Positions 49,300 to 60,267 of a DNA stretch of 64,000 nt are shown here, piece after piece. Positions within the stretch are counted from its first letter, which is position 1; each line of letters begins with the position of its first letter. This DNA comes from Blastocladiella emersonii ATCC 22665 (lineage: Eukaryota > Fungi > Blastocladiomycota). The stretch is from assembly GCA_025594325.1 (NCBI GenBank), contig JANHCV010000005.1, positions 1,860,001-1,924,000 of the forward strand. The letters are read 5' to 3'. The notes below the pieces were generated by a model. That model had not been told where the DNA came from. It saw only the letters and a program-made list of their open reading frames with translations, and did no database searches. The position numbers and the translations under genes are program-made.

Positions 49300-51050
49300 C
49301 TTGACGACGACGTGATCCCGAACCTTTGAGCGAACCTTGTTGTTGTCACGCTCGAGTGAGCCGGGGAGCAATGAACGACCTGAGCGTTTCTCGCGCGCGC
49401 TCAGTGCGAAGGACCGCCCAGCGCGCGGTGGTGAAGAAAGGAATGAGCGCGGTGACGAGCGACATCGACACCCACCTGGCCCCCTCAATCGCCATGAGTT
49501 TTGCTCGAGCTCACTGGGTCTCGACAGCACAGGGGCAAGCGAACCGTGGGGCGAGAGGGGCGGCGAAAGAGACGCGTCGATCAATCATGTGACCGCGTGA
49601 GACATTTTCCCATAGGCCGCCCGCGCGGCTTCTGAGCGAGCGCCGCACCGCCGGCACTGCTCGCTCCCCTGACGCATCACTAGAGCTATTTCGTTGCATG
49701 TAACTTATGGAATTGGCGCGCGCAAGGTGCCGTCGACGCAGACTCCGCGTCCACCAGGCAATCCTGACCCGCGCGCGTCGCCTCGTAGCGCGCGACCCGT
49801 CTCGGCTGTGCCGCTGCTCTCAACCTCTGAATGTTTTCTTGCTGTGCTACGCATCTCTTGCTTTGATTCCGCGCGCGGTGACGTCCGTGAGCAGGTATAT
49901 TTACGTCCGCTGTAAAATCTCAAGCGAGCGGGCCACTTCGCTCCCCGGCTCCACGTCACCCTGTAGCATCGAGCCATGGGCCACGTGTAACGATGACGTT
50001 GAGAGTTCGTTCGGAGTCGGCAATATCGCCAGACCGGAATGATGATCAAGTGGTCTCGCGCTCGTGGATCGACATGTGTCACCTCGTTGGGCCACTGCAT
50101 GCACCGTGTCCTTTGTCATCACGCCCGAGTTGCGGCCAGCACTCCTGCCGGATTGGGCCGTTAACTTGCCAATGTTGCTTCACGCGGCACGCGTGAGCAT
50201 CGCGCATTACGACGAGGTCACTCGGATACTCTCACACGGAGGTCGCCCAGATGCAGCGACCGCAAGGTCTGTGATCTTCCTTGGCACCTCACTCCAACGG
50301 CTTGTCATACTGCGCGGCGGGGTTACGGCTTCACTCCCGCGGACTTCGCAAACACGCACGTTCTCGCCGAGCTTTAGCAGCTGAGGTACGCGTCGTCGCG
50401 GCGGCGGACTAGCTCGCTCGCTGCAAGAAACTGACGACCGGTTCGCTACCTCCAGCCGTCCTCCACGCATTAGTCGAGTCCGGTCCGCGATCTCGCGCAC
50501 GCTTCGGCACGTCCTCGATCGCTGCTGCTGTCGAACCTGTTCGCGACGTGCGCGCGTGCATCGACTGCCCTCCTCAACTCGCCCCGCGGATGCTCGTCTC
50601 GCCCGCCCGCTATGCGCGCATGCCCTGATAACCCGGGCCGGCGAGACACGTGCCGTTGGGTGCAGCTGGAAGGAAGGTCACGCGTCGTTGTCCGACAGGC
50701 CAGCGGCGGACGCGCTCGATCGGGATCGCCGTTGGGCGCGTGCGCGAGGTCGCGGATCGTTCGAAATCGTTGCGTTCTGGCGGCCTCGGAGCGCGATATG
50801 CGTAACAACCCGCGCGCTAAGGATCTCTCGGGGTTATGTTGAAATCTCAGATGCTGATTGCCTTTCTCCAGCAATACCTTAGCCGATGGAGCAAATTGTG
50901 ACAGAGTACGGTCAGAATTCAGAAGTGTCTCACGGCCACGTGCCCGAAACGTGATAGTTTGACGCGTCTCGCCGTTCAGAGCGCGACGCGAAGCACCTTG
51001 GTGGTCACTTGTTAGTTCATGGTGAACGTTACAGAGTGCATGACGAAACT
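49300..51050. repeat. Diverged inner inverted arm (right)
   Basis: Partner of ~39300-41050; carries composite motifs at 49572-49591 (+) and ~50948-50967 (-). Confidence 0.85.
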
Positions 51051-51149
51051 TGCATTTATCATGACATCTGGCACGCTCAGGAACAAAAGTCACAAACTAT
51101 GAGCCGCAAACGAGAAGCACCGCAAGGTCGGCCGTGAACGATCGTGTGC

Positions 51150-53425
51150 TTACAGCGAGCATCCAGAAGCGTTGAACGCCTGCGGAGCGACTCGAGCAAA
51201 CTCTTCCGCGCCCCAGCACGGAAGCTCGGACACCTTAATGACCTTGAACAGTGTGAGGACAAGACGCGTGACGCAGTAGTCGTCATTGATCTTGTCCAGC
51301 GCAGCGTCCGGTAAAGTCCGAAGCACGACAGGGGACAGGGTGTTTTTGTCTACTTCCTTTCGAAGGTCGTGAAATGCTGTTTTCGGGTAACCCGAGAAAA
51401 AGACGCGCGTGACGAGACGGGCTGAAGCGAGGCGGTCGCAGGCACATGATTTGCCAGCACGCTCGTTGTCGTCGACTTCAAAGTACTTGCAGAGTCGCGC
51501 GAAGCTGTCATTGAACGGCGGGACGAGATACTCGGGGTACCAGGACTTGCAAGAGTCCAAGAGAGCATGGACAAGGCCGCGCCATGGCTGCTGCGCTGCG
51601 AGCGGACACTCGCGGCAAATCGTGTGTTTTGCGTTCAAAAAGTAATCGAAGCGACGAGGGACGACTGGGACACTGCTATCGGGGTTGAGTAAATTCTGGA
51701 TGAACGCGTACAGCAGAAGGTGTACGACGCCGTTGCGCTCCAAATGAATTTACAACTTGCTCGTGTCATCGGCCGCCGCGAGGGCAGTCGCGAGAAGCCA
51801 CAGGACCTCGTCCATGATTTTCGGACAATCGAGAAATTTCTCGTCGATGATGAACACGTCACCAAAAACGAGAAATTCGAACTGCCAGGTCTCGGACATC
51901 TCGGCAACCTCACGGCGAAAAGCATCAGCGAAATCGCCCAAGCTGAGAAGGTTGGCTTCGCTGCCGCTGACTCCAGGGCTGGGAAGGAGCACATGCTTGA
52001 GAATCTCGGCGGCCATGTCCTCGTTCTCGCACCGGAAATCACGACGTGCGATGCAGTAGGCTATATAGATCAGGCGGCGGGGGTGAGCGAACGTCTTGGA
52101 CTAGCTCGTAAATGTGAGTTCCCATGCGTGCCTTTGAGGATCAGCGTCTTCCATTCGTCGAGGGTATACCGCTCGCGAAGAAGGGCAACATAGTCAAACT
52201 TCTTGCCGGCGATCGCTGTTCCGACCAGGTAGCCCCACCATTTGGGTGCAATCAGTCCGTGAGCGTCAAGGATTTCAAGATTTTCAACCGAGAGTCCGTT
52301 GTCGAAATAGGCCACGATCCGGTCGCCAAGCTGATTGAAAGTGTCTCGGTCTTCGCCCTGCGGGTCGGGGAACCACCGCACGTCCAGAAGCGCGTCCCCG
52401 ATATCGTCTCGAAACGGAAGAGCAGCCACGACCAGGTCGGGGAACCGGACGAGCAGCGGCATGAAGCACCGCTCTCCCAGCGAGACGGCGGTTTGTACGT
52501 AGGCGCTGCGCACCTCGGCCGACATTTGCGAGCTGTAGTCGAGAATCCAAGGGAAAATGTTTGCGGCACCGCGGTCGGCGCCGTACCTCCCTGTTCCGAG
52601 GAGAGCGAGCTCGGATGGGCCATCCGTGCAAAGTACAGCTGCGAGCGCCGCCTCGTCCACCGAGTACTGAGGCTCGCGGAGAAACGCGTGAAAGACGTCA
52701 GATTCCCACCGTACGACGGCAAGATATGCGAGTGCATCGGCAAACCGGAGCGGGAAAGCAGCAAGGATCTCGAGCTGCTCATCACCAAGATACACTTCGT
52801 GGGCTCGAAGGAGCAATACCCACTCTGCCAAGTCCAGGCGGACGTCGAAGAGCTGAGGACGGCGTGAAGCGACAAGGTCGAGAGCTTGGCACAGGAAATC
52901 GGTCCATCCAGAGGCAACACCCGCGACGAGAAGCCGCACGAGCGTAGCAACAGGGCTTTTCCAGACGGGGCTATTTTGCTCGATGAACGACTGTTCCAGA
53001 TGTTGGCGAAGGATCGAGGGCTCAAAGTTGGTGAGATGACCCCGGCGACACATGTGCGAAGAGAGAGCGACGAACACTTCCATCGGCGGCGGAATTTGCT
53101 TGTAGTCCCACCGATCAAAAGTCGTGCGGTCTTGCGTCAAGGCTGGATTGATATCACAACGGACGAGACGCGACAAGGCATCGCCAGGCGGAGGGCTGCC
53201 GTAGCGGGGTGTGTGGATGGGAAGCGCAACGAGCCGGTCCGCGATCGCGAGCATCCACGAGTGCCGCGTGGAGCACTCTCGGGAAAGTGCACAAAGAGGA
53301 GCAGAAGCGGCCGCGATCGAGGAGCGCGGGTCGGCCAGCTGGAGGACGGCGGTCTGCAATTCCGCGGGGAGCCGAGCGAGCTGAACGCTGCCCGGGCTGT
53401 TTTCATGAGATTGCATCAAGTCCAT
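51150..53425 (-). pseudogene. F-box-like helical protein, family C copy 4 (GC donor, in-frame TAA in exon 2)
   Basis: First 125 bp identical to C1; donor AAAG/GCACGC; exon 2 reads ...SKL*IHLERNGVVHLL in one frame; ICRECP...CACD. Confidence 0.75.
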
Positions 53426-56400
53426 GGTGCTTTTGGGGTGTGGTGCTCGAATCAGAGAGAGAGAGGGAGCGCCGGCGACGAGCGCGTGAGTCTGCTCGCG
53501 CGCTAACCGGAGATGAGCGACGCGCCTCGAACTTCGTCCCCGCTCCTTCTACAGCCCGGAAATCTCACTTGCACGAGGACAGGACAAGGACCTATACACA
53601 CCGTTTCTATCTCTATGATACAACACATCTCTCCTGGGATAGCGTTTCACTCCTATTTGGCCCCGTCCTTGGGCCGGCCCAAGGGGCGCCGCGGGACCAT
53701 GGCTACCAGGTAGTTGGCCAGGCACATGGCCGCGCGCTCGTACGACGCCGGGTCGGACCACGCCGCGATCATGCCGTTCGGGTCGACCCACATGAGGTGC
53801 TGCGCGACCACCATGGCCACCCGCTGCGCGTCGCCGTGGTCCGCCGGCCAGTTCGGGAGCGCCTTGTTAACGAGCCGGCCGACATACCACAGGCACGCCA
53901 TCGCGTCGGTGGCCTGCTCGTGCGAGTCGAACACGCCCTGGCCCGCGGCACAGGCGCGCAGCACGGCGCGGTCGAGACGCTCAAACGCCCGCCACGAGTA
54001 CTTGTCGAACGGCGCCATGTCGCAGAACGGCCGGACACGCGTGAGCGACGGGTCCATGGCGCGTGTATAGTGCGCCATGGCCGCCGGGTGCTGGTCGACG
54101 ACGTGCAGCAGGGCGAGAACCGAGGCCTTGGGGAGCAGCGGCGCGGGCCGCGTCATGAGGTGCACGCCGAGCGCGTCGAACAGCGAGTGCGGCACAACCG
54201 TCTCGATGTCCTCCACCAGCTTGAGGTACGGGTCCGACTCGCCGTCGATGAAGGCGCGCGTGACGCCGAGCGCGCCGTGCTGGAAGTCGCGGGCCACCTC
54301 GGCGCTCGTGGGCCCGTGCCGGCCCTCGTCCGTCCAGTCGGCCGTGTCGTCGCCGTGCATCACCAGCCCGAAAAACGCGTGGGGAACCGACTCGGCGCCC
54401 TCGAGCATCTTAACGATCAGCGACGGAACGCGCGGCGTCCATGCGGCCGAGGCCCGAGCCGGCGCTGGCCCTGGTGCGGGGGCAGCCTCGACGAGCGGTG
54501 CATGATCAGCGACTGGCGACGCCTCGGGCGCACTGCCACCACTAGTCCTCATCGAGGCCGCGGATGAAGACACGTCGGGATCGGCCGGCGGCATGCGGTT
54601 CGGGTAGCGCCACGCGTAGTACCGATCGCCGAGCGAGGCGATCCACTGCGGCCCCTGCGTGTAGTCGAACTTGGGGTAGTAGCGCTTGGACTCGATCGTC
54701 GACGGCACGTAGGGCTTGCGGAACATGCCGATCCTACACGGCGCCGGGCAAGGACGTCAGCGCTCAGGATTGCGCGAGGGGAGCAAAGCCAAGGTGCGAC
54801 GTACCCGTGCACGCGCGGGTTGTATATGTCGGGCACCTTCCGGCCGGGCTTCCGGGGCATGAAGCCCGGACTCGGCTTGAGCACGACCGGCTCGACGTAC
54901 GGCTGGATCGGGATCAGCTTCATCGGCGGGTACCCGCCGCCGCTGCGCTTGACCTGACTGGGCGCCGCCGGTGCGGCCTCGGTTCTACAAATATGCGAAA
55001 GGTAGTGAGTTAGTATTCAGTCGTGGGCACCCCGACGCGTAGTGATGAGCGTACCCCGGTGCAGCGGCCGAACCGGACGCGGGAGGCGCCTCACTCGGGC
55101 TTGCAGCAGCAGTGACGCTGGCCGCTGCCGCCGACGAGACCGACTTCCGCTGCGACGCCGCGTCGTGAGCAGTGATCGGGGCCTGCTGCAGGTTCGCGTC
55201 GCCATCGGCGCACGACGGCGTGCTGGTCTCGGGCGCGGGCTGGCGCTCCTGGAGCGAGGGCGGCGCCATAGTACCGACCGCAACCTGCGACTCCTCGGCC
55301 TGCGTTGGCGATCTCCATTGAGTCCACTCTAGAGGGTTAGCCGGGTGTTAGCCACTGATCCGTCATATCGGTTGAGCAAAAGGGCAACGTACTTGGCCTC
55401 GGCAGTCACGCCGGGTCCCTCAATCTTGGCGTTGGTCCTGGTCGTCTCGCTGACGGGAACAGCGGACTGGCCCTGCTTGGCCAGCGAGGTGTCGTGGGTG
55501 TCGACGACGCCGATCGCGACGGCGATGGCGGGCGCAGACTCGACGGAGCCAGAGTCGAGCGTCGGCTTGAGCTGCTCGGATCCGGTATGCTGCTGGGACG
55601 TGAGAACGACGGGCTCGGTCTCGCCCTCGGCGGAGGCCGAGGCCGGCTCAACACTGGACAAGCGATGGAGTCAGCGAGGTTCGCGGATCCACGGCACTGA
55701 ACATAGTCACTTACGGGTGGTTGATCTCCTCGATGAGGTTGCTGGCGCCGGCGACGGCGACGGGACCGGGCGTCGACGCGTCGTCGCGGACGAGGACCTG
55801 CTCCTTGACCTGCTGATCCTGCTGCGGGGTGAGGACCGAGGCCTTGCACTCGTTCGTGGAGTTGGTCGCGTCGGACATGACCCTGTCAGCGGCGAACCGT
55901 GTTAGCGAGCTCCACGACGGCTGTCCAGGCGAGAGAAGCACGTACTTGTCCATGATGACCACGGCGGGCGACCCGACCTCGATGATGGAGTCGTCGCTCG
56001 CAGCCAGCTTGTGGAACAGCGCCGCAGCGCGAAGGCTCATGGAGAGAAGCTTGGTGTACTCGGCATCGACGGAGATACCGGTAGAGGGGGCGAGAACGGG
56101 TGCCGACTCGACGCGGCCCTCGGTCTGCGCAAACTCAGACTGCCGCTGGTGCGGAACGGCCAGCTTGTCGGTTGCGTCGGTGCCGATGATGCCGGACGAC
56201 TTGAACCTACACGGGAATGGGGGTCGGTATAGCCTCGCCAAAGTCGGACCGGTGTGCGTGACGTACTCCTCCTTGATAGCCACGGTAGCCACCGATGCGG
56301 ACGCGTTGACCTCGGCTGCCACGCGCAGGAGTGCCGTAGCCTCGCTGCTGGTGGTGAAGGCGTCGGTCCTGAAGTTGGCGAAGGTGATCTCGTTGGCGTT

Positions 56401-58229
56401 GGGGAGGCGGGTCGCGTCGATGATGATGGCGGGCGACGACTTGACGACCGACTCGTCCTGCGAGTCGTCAGTCTTGCCGGAGGCGCGCTCCGAGTTCTCG
56501 GGGATGCTACACACGGCGGACAGTGGTCAGGCATACGCCGGGTGGCGGCCGATTGCTGCTCGTACGTACTTCACGGCCTTGACATGGTTCTGGTTCTCGG
56601 TCTTGATGATGTGGTCCGAGTCGCGCAGTTCGAGAGCCGAGACGAGGTCCTTGGTGATGGCAATGGCGGGCGCGGCGCATGCGGGCGCATTCTTTGTGGC
56701 AGTCGAGGTGGCGGTTCCCACAGTCTTGTTGTGGGCGAGCTGCTCAATCGAGGCAGCCGAAGAGGCGGCGAGGATGCCCGAGTCGACGGCGACGACCGAC
56801 TTGGCGGGCTTCACGGCCGAGACGATGGCGGGCGGGGGCGACGCGGAGACGGTCACCTCGGAGGTGGCGGTGGCGGGAATCGGTTCGGCCGACTTGGCGA
56901 CGAAGTCGCGCTTGAAGGCAGTAGTAGCGGTCCTGGTAGACGATGCATCGAGTTCAGCAGAGATTCATGGGGTAAGGGAGCGGATCGGGGTTGGCAGCGG
57001 GAGAAGAGCGGTGCGGCGTGATCGCGCTGCGCCACAACCACCACCGCTCGCTGGACCGCTCGCGCCGGATCAGACCGTCGCGCATGAATGAGAACGTACT
57101 GCTGCGTGTAGACCATCTGGCCGTGCGGACCGGCGAGAGCGGCGAGGCCGGCGTTCACGTTGCGGGCCAGGGACTTGAGCCCCGACCGGATCGCGGACCG
57201 GACGAGGGTGCTCGTGCGGCCCATGGTTGCTGGAGTGCTGCGACTAGTTCGCGAGTTCCTGTCGATGACGGCGGGTGGTGCAGCGGGTGTGGAAGGCGTT
57301 GATCCGGCTACTGGACGGGTCTATCTCTGTTATCGAGGTCGGCAAGCGGAGGGGAGGAGAGCGAGTTGCACAGAAGGAGGCTCGCCCGAGCGGGAGGCGG
57401 CGCGCGCTCGGGAAACCATGATACTCGCTCGGGCGCGAGCTCGGACACTGCCTCCCGCGCTCAGGTTTCTGCCAGCGCGCGCGAGACACGACGCGTGATT
57501 GTCCTGCCTGACCTCGCGAGCGCGGTGGCCAAGTGGGAGATCAAGACGCGGTGGAAGACGCGTCGAGGAGGGCGATCACGGCCATGCCGGCCACGGGCGG
57601 CCATGGTCCTGGCACCGGTGACGGTGGCCGGTCTGTGTGAATGGGTTGACCCGTTCGACACTGTTCAGTCGCTGTCAGAGTCCCGAGCCACCAATGTGGC
57701 TGGCATGACAGCAAGCGCCGTGCGGTGTGTCCGCGTTCGATGGCCTTGAGCTACGATGATTGACGCTCTCCTTCACCCGCAACTTCGACAACGAGTTGGG
57801 ACAGGTTCTCGAACAACCTTACTCGCGCGACTCGAACTCCATCGAAGCAGTAGCCATGGCGCAAGTGCATCATGTATTTTGCTCGATCCATGCTGCTCAA
57901 GTTCGCTGAAGGCCGAGAACTGAAGTCGAGGAGAACGAACAACCCTGCGGCGCGGCCGCGGTGCGATCCAGCGCGAAGCCGGCCGAGCGAGGCACGCAGC
58001 CAAACTTGGCCACCGCACTCGCGATCCGCTCTTTGACGATCCCTCGAGGAGCGGCAGGAGTCTCGCTCGGGGTGGTCGACGAGGTTGCTCTGAGCCGTTG
58101 CCGCATTGAGAAAAATCTGGGCAAAGTGGGATACGGGTCGAGACGGATCGCGTTTGCAACGGAGCGAACGCGGCGCGGCGCCGAACAACGGACGACGCGT
58201 CGCGCCCAACACGTGCAATGTGCGAGACA
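53301..58229. repeat. Right arm of 4929-bp near-perfect inverted repeat
   Basis: Reverse complement of 21572-26500. Confidence 0.97.
53653..57224 (-). CDS. Multi-exon protein with RhoGAP-like C-terminal domain (copy 2, inside the right arm)
   Basis: Same as 22577-26148 except one synonymous change and one S/P change. Confidence 0.65.
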
Positions 58230-58804
58230 AGCAAATCGCGACTCTTCCACGCGTCTTGAACTACCTCTCGCGCTCCCTCGGCAATGAGCCACCATGAAGC
58301 CGGACTTTCGCGACATGCTGCAACGATGAAATGCATAGAGGAGCAACAGCTTCAGCTTGCGGGTCAATCAAAACTGGACCCGTGAAAGACGAGGCATCAT
58401 GTCGCTGCTCCCCAGATATTCCCTTGAGCCGAGCAGTCGGTCTGGGCCTCGATACCGCCTCAAGGACATTCCGAGCCGGATCTTGGCTATGAACGTATTC
58501 GCATGTGGCCGATCGCTGCTCATCTGCGTTCTCGAGGCGCCGTTGTGCTGATTTATCTGCGTTGGATCGACGGAATCTTCGGAACTGAAGTCGGGGCAAC
58601 TCGCTCTGGACTCGCGACGGCGTATTGACCGCTCAGTCGGATACCTTAAGAAGACGGATACCTCAAGAAGCTTGACTGGCTCCTCGCGGCAAACTTCCCT
58701 TCACCACGTTCCGCCGAGAATGCCCCGCGTCTTGCCTTACGCGACGAGCCACAGAAACGTACTTCGTTTCGAATAAAGAGGTATATGTATCGCGACCAAT
58801 CAGC

Positions 58805-59605
58805 TCAACTACTCAGCTCGCCAACGTACTCCGCCGCCATGGCGTCCGCATCGACGAACTCCTCAGCCGGAGCCTCGGTGCTCGCGTCGAGGCAGGCCTC
58901 CTCGGCCTGGGCTTCGCCATCGGCGGCGAGCTCCGCCGTCGTGTCCGTGGCAGCACCGCCGTCAGCCGCCGCCTTTTCGGCCTCGATCTGCTGCTGGCGC
59001 TCGAGCTCGGCGGCCTTGCGCTTGGCCTCGTCGGCCTTCTTCTGCTTGGCCTTGGCCATCTCGGCCTCGAAGTCGACGGGGTTGTTGGACTTGGCCGCCT
59101 TCTTGCCCTTGCCCTCGGACGCTGGGAGGTCGTCGGTGGTGCGCGGGCCGGCGGTCGCGGGCGGGGGCGCCTTGGCGGCGGCCTCGAACGCCGGGAGTAG
59201 GCCGTCGAGGGCGTTGACGAGGCCCGTGAGGCCGGCGAGCGAGTCGGCGGCGGCGAGCTGCGGTGCGGCGGGACCCTTGACGTGCGACGACAGCTTGCGC
59301 GCAAACGACGTCAGGCGCTGCAGGTCGTCGGCCTTGATGGCGACCAGGTACTCGGAGTTGACCGTCACCTTCTGCTTGGCGGGAAGGTTCTTCACCGCAC
59401 GCAGCGGGCGCGGCTGGACAGGCGGGAGGACCGTCTTGGTCTTGCCGAAGTCGGTGGCGCCCTTCGGGGCGGCGCCGGCGACAGCGGCGGGCGGGTCCGA
59501 CGCGGCGGGCGACGTCGGTGACGGGACGGCGAGCTCCGTGGCGGAGAGCGTCTCGGGGACCACCTCCGGGGCGGCCTGGGTCGGGGCAGAGTCGATGGCA
59601 GGCAT
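58805..59605 (-). CDS. Hypothetical low-complexity protein, family E copy 1
   Basis: GC3-rich ORF; shared core LVAIKADDLQRL...SLAGLTGLVNALDGLL. Confidence 0.7.
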   Translation of the reverse strand: MPAIDSAPTQAAPEVVPETLSATELAVPSPTSPAASDPPAAVAGAAPKGATDFGKTKTVLPPVQPRPLRAVKNLPAKQKVTVNSEYLVAIKADDLQRLTSFARKLSSHVKGPAAPQLAAADSLAGLTGLVNALDGLLPAFEAAAKAPPPATAGPRTTDDLPASEGKGKKAAKSNNPVDFEAEMAKAKQKKADEAKRKAAELERQQQIEAEKAAADGGAATDTTAELAADGEAQAEEACLDASTEAPAEEFVDADAMAAEYVGELSS

Positions 59606-59777
59606 GCTTGAATAGCCCGGTATGATAGTATTACGTTGCAGGTGGCCAGGGGAGCGGGGATGGGTGGGTGCGGATGATGGGGTTTTAAGTGAGTGGACCG
59701 CATTGAACTACACTGCATGCGTGCACCCGCCATTTTCGACGGGATGAAAGTTGTGAGACAAGGGTTGCGAGACAGCC

Positions 59778-59798
59778 CACGTGAGTGGCGCAACGCGT
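59778..59798 (-). promoter_or_regulatory. ACGCGT-N9-CACGTG composite motif upstream of E1
   Basis: GCGAGACAGCCCACGTGAGTGGCGCAACGCGT on the + strand, ~175 bp before ATG 59605. Confidence 0.45.
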
Positions 59799-60267
59799 CC
59801 ACCGTCTGACGCTTGAGCGAGTTTTGCCAGCTCCACTGCCCGCACTTCAAATCCAAGCTCAAGCTCTGACTCGTTAGACCTCCATTTTCGATGAGCTACT
59901 TCCTCTGTTGCGACTCGTCGCGCAAACTTGAATCGCCGCTTGCTCACGCGGAGTTAGAGCGTGCGAGTGTTGTGGATCAAACTAGCTTGAAGCGCTCGGA
60001 AATCTATTTCTAGTCAGAGGTTGCGCTGGATTTGTGCAACTCAAGGCCCTTCCCCGCGATGTATGAAGGCTTTGATCACCAGCTTGGCATCGCCCGCGTC
60101 GCGTCGCCATAATCGAGGGTCGATCGTTTCAGTTACAGCGAAGTCCATGCTTACGAATACATTTCCCGCGTATCAAAATTTAACAAGGGTCTCTCACGTT
60201 GGTCTCGCTGACAGCTTCAAATGCGTACGGCGAAGTAAGTGTATTCACTTCAACAACCCTAACGGCA

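Noticed and set aside
26501-53300. Mating-type locus
   Set aside because: No HMG, homeodomain, alpha-box, pheromone receptor or other MAT-linked gene seen; only the architecture is analogous
21572-58229. Giant TIR transposon (Maverick, Pack-type) or Starship
   Set aside because: No TSD, and no transposase, integrase, tyrosine recombinase or pPolB in the window; the arm edges fade into older homology
21572-58229. Fold-back or assembly artefact
   Set aside because: The arms differ at two sites, have distinct outer flanks, and lie in register with clearly diverged paralogues; read-level confirmation is still needed
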